Notes under the pieces: model-generated | What the model saw: only the letters and a program-made list of their open reading frames with translations | Told to the model about the DNA's origin: nothing | Databases searched by the model: none | Part shown: in pieces, positions 17,296 through 25,242 of the stretch | Layout: each line of letters begins with the position of its first letter | Numbering within the stretch: the first letter of the stretch is position 1 | Source of the DNA: an uncultured Prevotellaceae bacterium | GTDB lineage: Bacteria; Bacteroidota; Bacteroidia; Bacteroidales; Bacteroidaceae | DNA: 64,000 bases | Direction: 5' to 3' | NCBI GenBank assembly: GCA_902792635.1 | Contig: CADBAG010000018.1 | Coordinates: 3,379-67,378, forward strand | Made by a program: the position numbers and the translations under genes

Positions 17296-18708
17296 ATGGG
17301 TAATCCAAGAGGATTTTTGGAGGTAGAGCGGAAAGAAGCCGGCTACCGTCCAATACACGATAGAATACACGATTTCGGCGAGGTGGAGCAGACGCTCAAC
17401 TCGCGCGACCGGCAGTTGCAGGCAAGCCGCTGCATGGACTGCGGCGTACCTTTCTGCCACTGGGCTTGTCCGCTGCACAATAAGATGCCGGAATGGAACG
17501 ACGCGCTCTACAAAGGTGATTGGAGACTCGCCTATGAACTGCTGAGCGAGACCAATGACTTCCCTGAGTTCACGGGCCGTGTCTGCCCGGGACTCTGCGA
17601 GAAGGCCTGTGTGCTCAATCTGATGGAGCATGAGCCGACAACCAACCGCGAGAACGAGGCTGCCATCGCTGAGTATGCTTACAACGAGGACTTTGTACAT
17701 CCACATATCCCCACTCGTAATGGCAAGAAGGTGGCTGTCGTCGGAGCTGGTCCTTCAGGACTCAGCACAGCTACACAGCTCAACCAGAAAGGCTATGAAG
17801 TGACAGTGTTTGATGCTCGCGAAGATGCCGGAGGTCTGCTCCGCTTCGGCATTCCTAACTTCAAGCTCAATAAAGCCATCATCGATCGAAAGATGGATAT
17901 CTTGAAGCAGGAAGGCATCAAGTTTGAGTTCGGTGTAATGCTTGTGCCTGTCAATCCGACAGAGCCCGTCTGCATCCAGAACGACAACACGCTGGAGAAC
18001 ACCAAGAAGACGACTATTGAGCAACTGTCCAAGGAATACGATGCCGTTGTCGTCTGCACGGGAACACCACAGGCACGTGACCTGAAGATTCCTGGACGAG
18101 ATCTTAAAGGTGTCTACTTTGCCCTTGAGATGCTCTCGCAGCAGAACAGAATACTCATGGGAGAGGATATCCCCAAAGACAAGCTCGTCAATGCCAAAGG
18201 CAAGGATGTGTTGGTCATCGGTGGTGGTGATACCGGCTCCGACTGTATCGGAACTGCTCACCGTCAGGGCTCTAAGAGCGTCACTCAGATCGAGATCATG
18301 CCGAAACCCGTCGATGGTCCCGACGATCCGAAGAACCCTTGGCCAAACTGGCCTCGTACGCTGAAGACAACCTTCGCACACGAGGAAGGCTGTATCCGCC
18401 GTTGGAACATCAACTCTCTTGAGTTCCTCGGAAAGAACGGAAAACTCACGGGCGTGAAGGTTCAGGAGATAACATGGGAGCCCAACCCCAACGGTGGACG
18501 CCCCATCATGAAACCTGCCAAGGATCCCGAGGTCATCAAGGCAGACATGGTGCTGCTCGCCATGGGATTCCTCAGACCACAACAACCCGAATACCCGGCC
18601 AACGTCTTCGTTGCAGGTGACGCAGCCAACGGCGCAAGCCTCGTGGTACGCGCATTGGCAAGTGGCAGAAAAGTAGCTGCTGAAGTGGATGGTTACTTGA
18701 GAAAGTAA
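17296..18708 (+). CDS. gltD: Glutamate synthase small subunit
   Basis: RCMDCGVPFCHWACP, GRVCPGLCE, GAGPSG and GGGDTG motifs, directly after gltB. Confidence 0.97.
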   Translation: MGNPRGFLEVERKEAGYRPIHDRIHDFGEVEQTLNSRDRQLQASRCMDCGVPFCHWACPLHNKMPEWNDALYKGDWRLAYELLSETNDFPEFTGRVCPGLCEKACVLNLMEHEPTTNRENEAAIAEYAYNEDFVHPHIPTRNGKKVAVVGAGPSGLSTATQLNQKGYEVTVFDAREDAGGLLRFGIPNFKLNKAIIDRKMDILKQEGIKFEFGVMLVPVNPTEPVCIQNDNTLENTKKTTIEQLSKEYDAVVVCTGTPQARDLKIPGRDLKGVYFALEMLSQQNRILMGEDIPKDKLVNAKGKDVLVIGGGDTGSDCIGTAHRQGSKSVTQIEIMPKPVDGPDDPKNPWPNWPRTLKTTFAHEEGCIRRWNINSLEFLGKNGKLTGVKVQEITWEPNPNGGRPIMKPAKDPEVIKADMVLLAMGFLRPQQPEYPANVFVAGDAANGASLVVRALASGRKVAAEVDGYLRK

Positions 18709-18736
18709 CCTACCTATCAATTTTATATTTTAGCAG

Positions 18737-18770
18737 AGGCAGGATACCGGTGGGCATCCTGCCTTTTTTT
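18737..18770 (+). terminator. Intrinsic terminator after gltD
   Basis: aggcaggat / atcctgcct stem followed by a T run. Confidence 0.8.
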
Positions 18771-18924
18771 AATTATATGTATATTTAATAATAATGTCAA
18801 AACAAAAAAAATACAAATACGACTAAAATATTTCGCAAAATATAACAACAGTATCAAAAAAATATGCTAACTTTGCCGCACGTTTCAACTAGGGATTAGT
18901 TTTACAATTTAATTTTAAACAATT

Positions 18925-20013
18925 ATGAAAAAGATCCTCTTAGCAGCGGCTTTCGTCGCTATGGGCCTTGGAAGCGCCAATGCTCAGACAGGGTTGCAGA
19001 CTTCCAAGTTCCTTGACAACTGGTATTTGGGAGCAAAGGCTGGTGTTTCTACACCCCTTACTTTTAATCACACTTTCCCACTCAATCCGAACTTCGGTAT
19101 TAAGCTGGGCAAGAACTTCTCTCCGGTCTTCGGTGCTAATATCGAGGCCCTTGCAGGCTTTGGCGACAACCAGTTTGTTGCACAGGTTCCTGAGCACATG
19201 GTTCTCGATTCCAAGACATTCGTAAAGACATTCAACCTCGGTTTGAATGGAACTATTAACTGGACAAACCTTTTCCTCGGCTACAACGAGAACAAGGTGT
19301 TTCACTTCGGTACTGAGGCCGGAATTGGCTGGGGTACATACTTCGGTGACAGAGGTCACATCAACGACGCCAACAACTGGGGCGACAACGACGATCTCAC
19401 AGCAAAGACTTCTCTGACTTTCACATGGGATCTCGGTGGTGCAGCTAAGCCTTGGCAGATTTATGTTGAGCCGGGTATCTATTGGAACCTCACTCACGGA
19501 CCTAAGGATGCTGTTCAGTTCGACAAGCGCGCTGCTCAGCTCGCTCTGCAGGTCGGCTTCAACTACAAGTTCAAGACATCTAACGGCACTCACAACTTCA
19601 AGACTCTTGACCTCACAGCAGCCAACAACGAGATCAACGATCTCCGCGCTCAGCTCGCTAAGAAGCCTAAGGAGGTTATCAAGACTGTGACGAAGGAAGT
19701 TCCTGTTGAGAAGACAACAACGAACACTGTTCGCATGGACAACCTCTACTTCGTAACATTCCAGCAGGGTAAGTCTAACCTGACTGCTGCTGCTAAGAAG
19801 TCTCTTGACAAGATCAAGGAAGGCAGCCACGTAGAGATCGTTGGTACAGCTTCTCCTGAGGGTTCTAAGGAGATCAACGACCGTCTGTCTCAGGCTCGTG
19901 CAGATGTTGTTGCTAACTATCTGAAGGGTCGTAAGGTCAATGTTGACAGCGCTACAGGTAAGGGTGTACAGGGTGTTACATCTAACCGTATTGCAGTCGT
20001 TTACGTGAAGTAA
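18925..20013 (+). CDS. OmpA-family outer-membrane protein
   Basis: Signal peptide, beta-barrel-like N-terminal region and C-terminal OmpA domain (GTASPEG, RLSQARA). A TAACTTTG box lies at 18868-18875. Confidence 0.85.
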   Translation: MKKILLAAAFVAMGLGSANAQTGLQTSKFLDNWYLGAKAGVSTPLTFNHTFPLNPNFGIKLGKNFSPVFGANIEALAGFGDNQFVAQVPEHMVLDSKTFVKTFNLGLNGTINWTNLFLGYNENKVFHFGTEAGIGWGTYFGDRGHINDANNWGDNDDLTAKTSLTFTWDLGGAAKPWQIYVEPGIYWNLTHGPKDAVQFDKRAAQLALQVGFNYKFKTSNGTHNFKTLDLTAANNEINDLRAQLAKKPKEVIKTVTKEVPVEKTTTNTVRMDNLYFVTFQQGKSNLTAAAKKSLDKIKEGSHVEIVGTASPEGSKEINDRLSQARADVVANYLKGRKVNVDSATGKGVQGVTSNRIAVVYVK

Positions 20014-20035
20014 ACAATATCATTCACTTCTATAT

Positions 20036-20068
20036 AAGCGGAGCAGGTATTCCTGCCCCGCTTTTTTT
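20036..20068 (+). terminator. Intrinsic terminator after the ompA-like gene
   Basis: aagcggagcagg-tatt-cctgccccgc followed by a T run. Confidence 0.8.
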
Positions 20069-20148
20069 GTCTTAAAAAAAAGCAATAACTAAGAGATTCT
20101 TTGTACCTTTGCATCCAGAAAGTAAATACTTAAAAAACATACAGCGTT

Positions 20149-21438
20149 ATGCTTACATTAAAACTCATTACAGAGGAGACGGAGCGCGTTGTCAAGGGAC
20201 TTGAGAAGAAACATTTCCCCAACGCTCGCGAGGCCGTGGAAAAGGTGCTCGAATACGACAAGATACGCCGCGAGGCACAACAGAAGCTTGATGCCAACAA
20301 GCAACAGCAGAATCAGCTTTCCAAGCAGATTGGCGGTCTGATGAAGCAAGGCAAGAAGGAGGAGGCCGAGAAGATTAAGGCTCAGGTCGCTGACCTCAAG
20401 GCTGACGACAAGGCACTGCAGGAGCTCTATGACAAGGCTCAGGCTGACATGACCCATGAGCTTCTCGATATTCCTAACATCCCTAACGACAAGGTGCCGG
20501 AGGGTAAAGATGCTTCCAGCAACGTTGTCATCAAGGAAGGTGGTGTCATTCCCGAGCTTCCCGAAGGTGCTCTGTGCCACTGGGATCTGCTGAAGAAGTT
20601 CCACCTTGTAGACTTCGACCTCGGTGTGAAGATCACTGGTGCAGGCTTCCCGGTCTATATCGGCAAAATGGCTCGCTTCCAGCGTGCCCTCGAGGCTTTC
20701 TTCCTCGACGAGGCTCGCAAAGCAGGCTATACTGAGATCCAGCCGCCTTACGTCGTCAATGAGGCTTCCGGCTACGGCACCGGTCAGCTTCCTGACAAGG
20801 AAGGTCAGATGTACCACGCCAACCTCGATAACCTCTTCCTCATCCCGACAGCTGAGGTACCTGTAACAAACCTCTTCCGTGATGAGATCCTCGATGAGAA
20901 GGACCTGCCTATCAAGTGCTGCGCATACTCTGCTTGCTTCCGTCGTGAAGCTGGCTCTTATGGTAAGGATGTGCGTGGTCTGAACCGCCTGCATCAGTTC
21001 GATAAGGTAGAGATCGTACGTATCGATACTCCTGAGCACTCCTACCAGTCCTGGCATGAGATGCTCGACCATGTAGAGGGTCTGCTGAAGAAGCTTGAGC
21101 TCCCTTATCACCTCCTGCTGCTCTGCGGCGGTGATATGAGCTTCACTTCCAGCATCTGCGTCGACTTTGAGACCTATTCTGCTGCACAGAAGCGCTGGCT
21201 CGAGGTAAGCTCAACAAGTAACTTCGAGAGCTATCAGGCTAACCGTCTGCACTGCCGCTTCCGTCGTGCTGACAGCAAGAAGATTGAGCTCTGCCACACC
21301 CTCAACGGTTCTGCACTCGCTCTGCCGCGTATCGTTGCCACCATTTTAGAGAACAACCAGACACCGGATGGTATCCGCGTACCGAAGGTGCTCGTTCCTT
21401 ACTGTGGCTTCGAGATGCTCGATGACAAGAACGACTAA
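20149..21438 (+). CDS. serS: Seryl-tRNA synthetase
   Basis: N-terminal coiled coil, LIPTAEVP, FRREAGSYG, RLHQFDKVE and HTLNGSALA motifs. A TACCTTTG box lies at 20104-20111. Confidence 0.97.
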   Translation: MLTLKLITEETERVVKGLEKKHFPNAREAVEKVLEYDKIRREAQQKLDANKQQQNQLSKQIGGLMKQGKKEEAEKIKAQVADLKADDKALQELYDKAQADMTHELLDIPNIPNDKVPEGKDASSNVVIKEGGVIPELPEGALCHWDLLKKFHLVDFDLGVKITGAGFPVYIGKMARFQRALEAFFLDEARKAGYTEIQPPYVVNEASGYGTGQLPDKEGQMYHANLDNLFLIPTAEVPVTNLFRDEILDEKDLPIKCCAYSACFRREAGSYGKDVRGLNRLHQFDKVEIVRIDTPEHSYQSWHEMLDHVEGLLKKLELPYHLLLLCGGDMSFTSSICVDFETYSAAQKRWLEVSSTSNFESYQANRLHCRFRRADSKKIELCHTLNGSALALPRIVATILENNQTPDGIRVPKVLVPYCGFEMLDDKND

Positions 21439-21563
21439 GCTTCTCAAGGACAGAACACAATAAATAAGACAACTCTTTATCAGGTACCTTTGAGGTGCCA
21501 ATATCGCCAAGGCCGGACTTCGCAAGAATGTCACGGCCTTTTTTAGTTCGTCCGTATTTCGAG

Positions 21564-21608
21564 CTGATGGGTTCACACAACCTCGAAGAGGTTGTGTACG
21601 CCCATCAG
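21564..21608. repeat. Solo hairpin with the CCTC-GAA-GAGG core of the REP/MITE family
   Basis: ctgatggg..cacaacctc-gaa-gaggttgtg..cccatcag. Confidence 0.75.
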
Positions 21609-21703
21609 TACAAATTCGAAAGATCCTTTTTTAGTTTACATAACGCCGTGACTGTGGAAAAAACGGGAAAATGATTGGAATATACGCATTCTCTTCAAAA
21701 AAG

Positions 21704-21717
21704 GTGTAATAATACAC
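21704..21717. promoter_or_regulatory. Palindromic operator candidate GTGTA-N4-TACAC upstream of GH51
   Basis: gtgtaataatacac. The same palindrome recurs at the susC promoter. A TACCTTTG box lies at 21739-21746. Confidence 0.6.
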
Positions 21718-21790
21718 TCTTCTTTGAGAAGTTTCTTGTACCTTTGCCGTAGACTTAAGTAAAACAACAAAACTAACGAGAATCAAAAAC

Positions 21791-23755
21791 ATGAAAAGAA
21801 AGAAGATCTTATCTTTGCTCTTAACGGCAGCACTCGCGATGACGGCCAATGCCCAGACACGCGAGCTCACCGTAGAAGCGGGCAAGCCTGGCGCCGTAGT
21901 ACAACCAACGATGTATGGTATCTTCTTTGAGGATATCAATTTTGGCGCTGACGGCGGATTGTATGCAGAGATGGTTGAAAACCGCAACTTCGAGTTTCCA
22001 CAAAACCTCATGGGTTGGAACACTTTCGGCAAGGTGGCTGTGAACGATTACGAACCAGCTTTCTCCCGCAACCCCCATTATGTCACGATCTCACCGAGTG
22101 GCCACAAAGAAAAACAAAGTGGACTGGAGAACCACGGCTTCTTCGGCATGGGCCTGAAGAAAGGCATGAAGTATGACTTCACCGTCTATGGCCGTCTCAA
22201 TGCACTGCAAGGCAAAGGAGCCAAGATTCGCGTAGAGCTCGTCGATGACAACGATGTGCCTATAGACGGACAGGAGATCACTATAACCGACAACAAATGG
22301 CACAAGTACACAACGACTCTCACAGCCGACAAGACCCTTCAGAAAGGTATGCTCCGCATCTTCCTTGATGGCAATGAGGCCGTAGACCTCGATTATGTCT
22401 CGCTCTTCCCTGAGGACAACTGGCACGGACTCCGCGCTGACCTCGTGAAAGACCTCGAAGACCTGCACCCGGGCATCTTCCGTTTCCCCGGCGGATGCAT
22501 CGTGGAAGGTACCGACCTTGCTACTCGCTATCAGTGGAAGAACTCCGTGGGTGACCCGGAGAACCGCCCACTGAATGAGAACCGCTGGAACTACACGTTC
22601 CCGTATCGCCTCTACCCAAACTACTATCAGAGCTATGGTCTCGGTTTCTATGAGTATTTCCTGCTCTCTGAGAAGATTGGCGCAGAGCCTCTGCCCGTGC
22701 TATCTGTAGGCCTCGCCTGCCAGTATCAGAACAGCGACAACGACGCTAACGCTCATGTGGCCGTGAAGGACCTGCAGCCGTATATTGACGATGCCCTCGA
22801 CCTGATTGAGTTTGCCAATGGCGCAACAACAACCAAGTGGGGCAAGCTGCGTGCTGACATGGGCCACCCAAAGCCGTTCAACCTCAAGCAGATTGGTATC
22901 GGCAATGAACAGTGGGGACCACTCTATCCCGAGCGTCTCGCAGAGTTTGTGAAGCAGATTCGCGCTAAATATCCGAACATCAAGATCTGCGGTTCTGCCG
23001 GACCACTCGCAGAAGGTAAGAACTTCGACTATGGGTGGCAGGAGATGCGCAAGCTCAATGTAGACCTCGTGGATGAACATTACTATAAGTCACCCGACTG
23101 GTTCTTCAAGAATGCCGGTCGCTACGACAACTACTCTCGCAAAGGCCCGAAGGTGTTTGCCGGTGAATACGCATCGCATGTAAAGAACATGGATGACAAG
23201 CCGACTGTTGCCAAGAACGACTTCGAGGCTGCACTCTCTGAGGCTTGTTTCATGACCGGCTTGGAGCGCAATGCCGATGTCGTTTATCAGGCTACTTATG
23301 CACCGCTCTTCGCCCATGTCGATGGTTGGCAGTGGAGACCGGACCTCATCTGGTTTGATAACCTCAACTCAGTGCGTACTCCCAACTGGTACGTTCAGAT
23401 GCTCTACGGCACAAACAAGGGCACCAATGTACTGAAACTGACTGAGAACGGCAGCGCCGTAAAAGGCGACAACGGGCTCTATGCAAGCGCAGTGCTCGAC
23501 AAGAATAAGAAACAATATATCGTAAAGATTGGCAACAGTCTCGCTCAGCCGCAGACAGTAAGCATCAACCTCAAAGGTGCCAAGAAGCTCACCTCTGCCA
23601 CACAGACACTGCTCACTGCCAAACTCACAGATACAAACGACCTGCAGCATCCCGACAATGTGAAGCCTGTGACCAAAGCAGTCACGCTCAATGGTTCCAA
23701 CATCACCGTGACGCTGCCTGCTCAGAGCTTCAGTGTGTTCATTGCAGAGGAATAG
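21791..23755 (+). CDS. GH51 alpha-L-arabinofuranosidase with signal peptide
   Basis: GIFFEDIN, RFPGGC, IGNEQWG, DEHYY, GEYA, GLERNADVV and YAPLF motifs. Confidence 0.93.
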   Translation: MKRKKILSLLLTAALAMTANAQTRELTVEAGKPGAVVQPTMYGIFFEDINFGADGGLYAEMVENRNFEFPQNLMGWNTFGKVAVNDYEPAFSRNPHYVTISPSGHKEKQSGLENHGFFGMGLKKGMKYDFTVYGRLNALQGKGAKIRVELVDDNDVPIDGQEITITDNKWHKYTTTLTADKTLQKGMLRIFLDGNEAVDLDYVSLFPEDNWHGLRADLVKDLEDLHPGIFRFPGGCIVEGTDLATRYQWKNSVGDPENRPLNENRWNYTFPYRLYPNYYQSYGLGFYEYFLLSEKIGAEPLPVLSVGLACQYQNSDNDANAHVAVKDLQPYIDDALDLIEFANGATTTKWGKLRADMGHPKPFNLKQIGIGNEQWGPLYPERLAEFVKQIRAKYPNIKICGSAGPLAEGKNFDYGWQEMRKLNVDLVDEHYYKSPDWFFKNAGRYDNYSRKGPKVFAGEYASHVKNMDDKPTVAKNDFEAALSEACFMTGLERNADVVYQATYAPLFAHVDGWQWRPDLIWFDNLNSVRTPNWYVQMLYGTNKGTNVLKLTENGSAVKGDNGLYASAVLDKNKKQYIVKIGNSLAQPQTVSINLKGAKKLTSATQTLLTAKLTDTNDLQHPDNVKPVTKAVTLNGSNITVTLPAQSFSVFIAEE

Positions 23756-24032
23756 GGGCGTCCGCACCTCGAAGAGGTGCCACATGGTTAGCTCCACGTG
23801 AGGCGTAGCCGAAACGTGGGGTTACAGTTGGAGCGAGTGACCTGAATACCGGCCTCGAAGAGGGCGAACATGGTTTAAACACCAATCACCCATCACCTAT
23901 AACCAGCATCCCGCCCATGTACGCCCTCTTCGAGGCCGGATTGCAACAAGACTACACCGGACCTAAACCCCATGCTGCGTCGCTTCGCTCCTTGCATGGG
24001 GCTAACCATGTGCAACCTCTTCGAGGTTGACT
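23756..24032. mobile_element. REP/MITE-like multi-hairpin element, copy 1 (no ORF)
   Basis: Four CCTC-GAA-GAGG hairpins, two direct and two inverted, interleaved with two longer hairpins. Aligns along its length with the reverse complement of 36461-36731. Confidence 0.8.
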
Positions 24033-24065
24033 ATAGTATCAACCTCAAAAGATGAGAACATAAAT

Positions 24066-24153
24066 AAGCTATTTATCGATTAAAAACAGCTTGATTATCG
24101 ATTAAAAACAAGTTGATTATTGATTAGAAACAAGTTATTTATTGCTGAGAAAT
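24066..24153. repeat. Four degenerate 22-bp tandem units
   Basis: The ttatcgatt-like core starts at 24073, 24095, 24117 and 24139. Confidence 0.85.
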
Positions 24154-24232
24154 AAGCTAAGTTTCATTGCTTTAGAATAGAATTGGTAAAATGAATGCGG
24201 CCGTGAAGATTTTTCTTCACGGCCGCTTCGCG

Positions 24233-25231
24233 TTATTGCTTCAATTCTGGCCACCCATCGACCCAGTGAATATCGCGCTGGACAAGCACCGACTCGCCAC
24301 CGGGCATACGGTAGCCGTGACAGAGGAAAAGATCTTTGTCGCCAAAATGATAGACGGCACAATGGCCGGCAGCCTCATAGTGGGTTTTATCTCCCCCAAT
24401 GACTGGCACACCGCCACCATTGAGCATGTCAACTCCCCATTTATCTACATAAGGACCTTCCACCGACTTGCTACGCCCTACCACGACCCTGTAAGTGCTC
24501 TTCATCCCCATGCAACAGTAATCCCATGACACGAAGAGATAATAATAACCGTCATGACGGAAGATGAAAGGCGCCTCTATCGCATTCTGCCCCGCATTCT
24601 TGTCGTAATGTCCGGGCACGACTTTCTTTGGTCCGCCTTCCGACTCAGGAACATCTCGCATATTAAACGCGAAACGGCGCGCGATGGTCCGTGGCTTGGC
24701 GCCTTCTTTGACGTGCATGGTCTTGTCGAGCGGAATGAGCTGGATGCCATCCCAGAACGAGCCCCACGTCATCCAAGGGTTACCCTTTTCATCAATGACA
24801 AAGTTAGGATCGATAGCATTCCAGTTGTCCCGTCCGCCTTTAGATGCAATGATACAGCCTTCATCCTTCCAACCAGAATCATTCGAGAGCTTGTCGTTAG
24901 AGAGCAAACCTATCGCTGACGTGTTGCTGCCAAACGTAGAGCATGAGTAAGCCATGTACCACCTATTATTAAAATGGATCACATCGGGCGCCCACAGGTG
25001 ATGCTTGAGCCCCGGCACAGAGTCGTAGGTCCATGCCGGCTGTTTGCATTCAAGCACGCCATCACGACTCACAGTCCACGTCTTGAGATCGCGACTCGTC
25101 GCCTGTGCTATGCCCATGCCGGTACTGTAGAGATAATAAGTACCATCCTCGTAGGCCATGACAGGATCATGCACAAAAGGGGTAGATGCAGTGAAAAACA
25201 TCACTGCACCCAAAAGAGAAGAAAAGATCAT
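24233..25231 (-). CDS. GH43 endo-1,5-alpha-L-arabinanase (AbnA/Arb43A-like)
   Basis: HDPVM, WAPDV, AIDP, WGSFWDGI, AIEAPF and GHC motifs. Confidence 0.88.
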   Translation of the reverse strand: MIFSSLLGAVMFFTASTPFVHDPVMAYEDGTYYLYSTGMGIAQATSRDLKTWTVSRDGVLECKQPAWTYDSVPGLKHHLWAPDVIHFNNRWYMAYSCSTFGSNTSAIGLLSNDKLSNDSGWKDEGCIIASKGGRDNWNAIDPNFVIDEKGNPWMTWGSFWDGIQLIPLDKTMHVKEGAKPRTIARRFAFNMRDVPESEGGPKKVVPGHYDKNAGQNAIEAPFIFRHDGYYYLFVSWDYCCMGMKSTYRVVVGRSKSVEGPYVDKWGVDMLNGGGVPVIGGDKTHYEAAGHCAVYHFGDKDLFLCHGYRMPGGESVLVQRDIHWVDGWPELKQ

Positions 25232-25242
25232 AAGCTCAAAAA

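Noticed and set aside
13583-21111. Long antisense ORFs opposite gltB, gltD, ompA and serS (e.g. 13583..14497, 17755..18720, 18940..19830, 20158..21111)
   Set aside because: They are shadow frames of strongly codon-biased genes, with no recognisable motifs and full overlap with confident CDSs. The same applies to 37783..39138, 42103..42909, 52193..53215 and 58714..59550.
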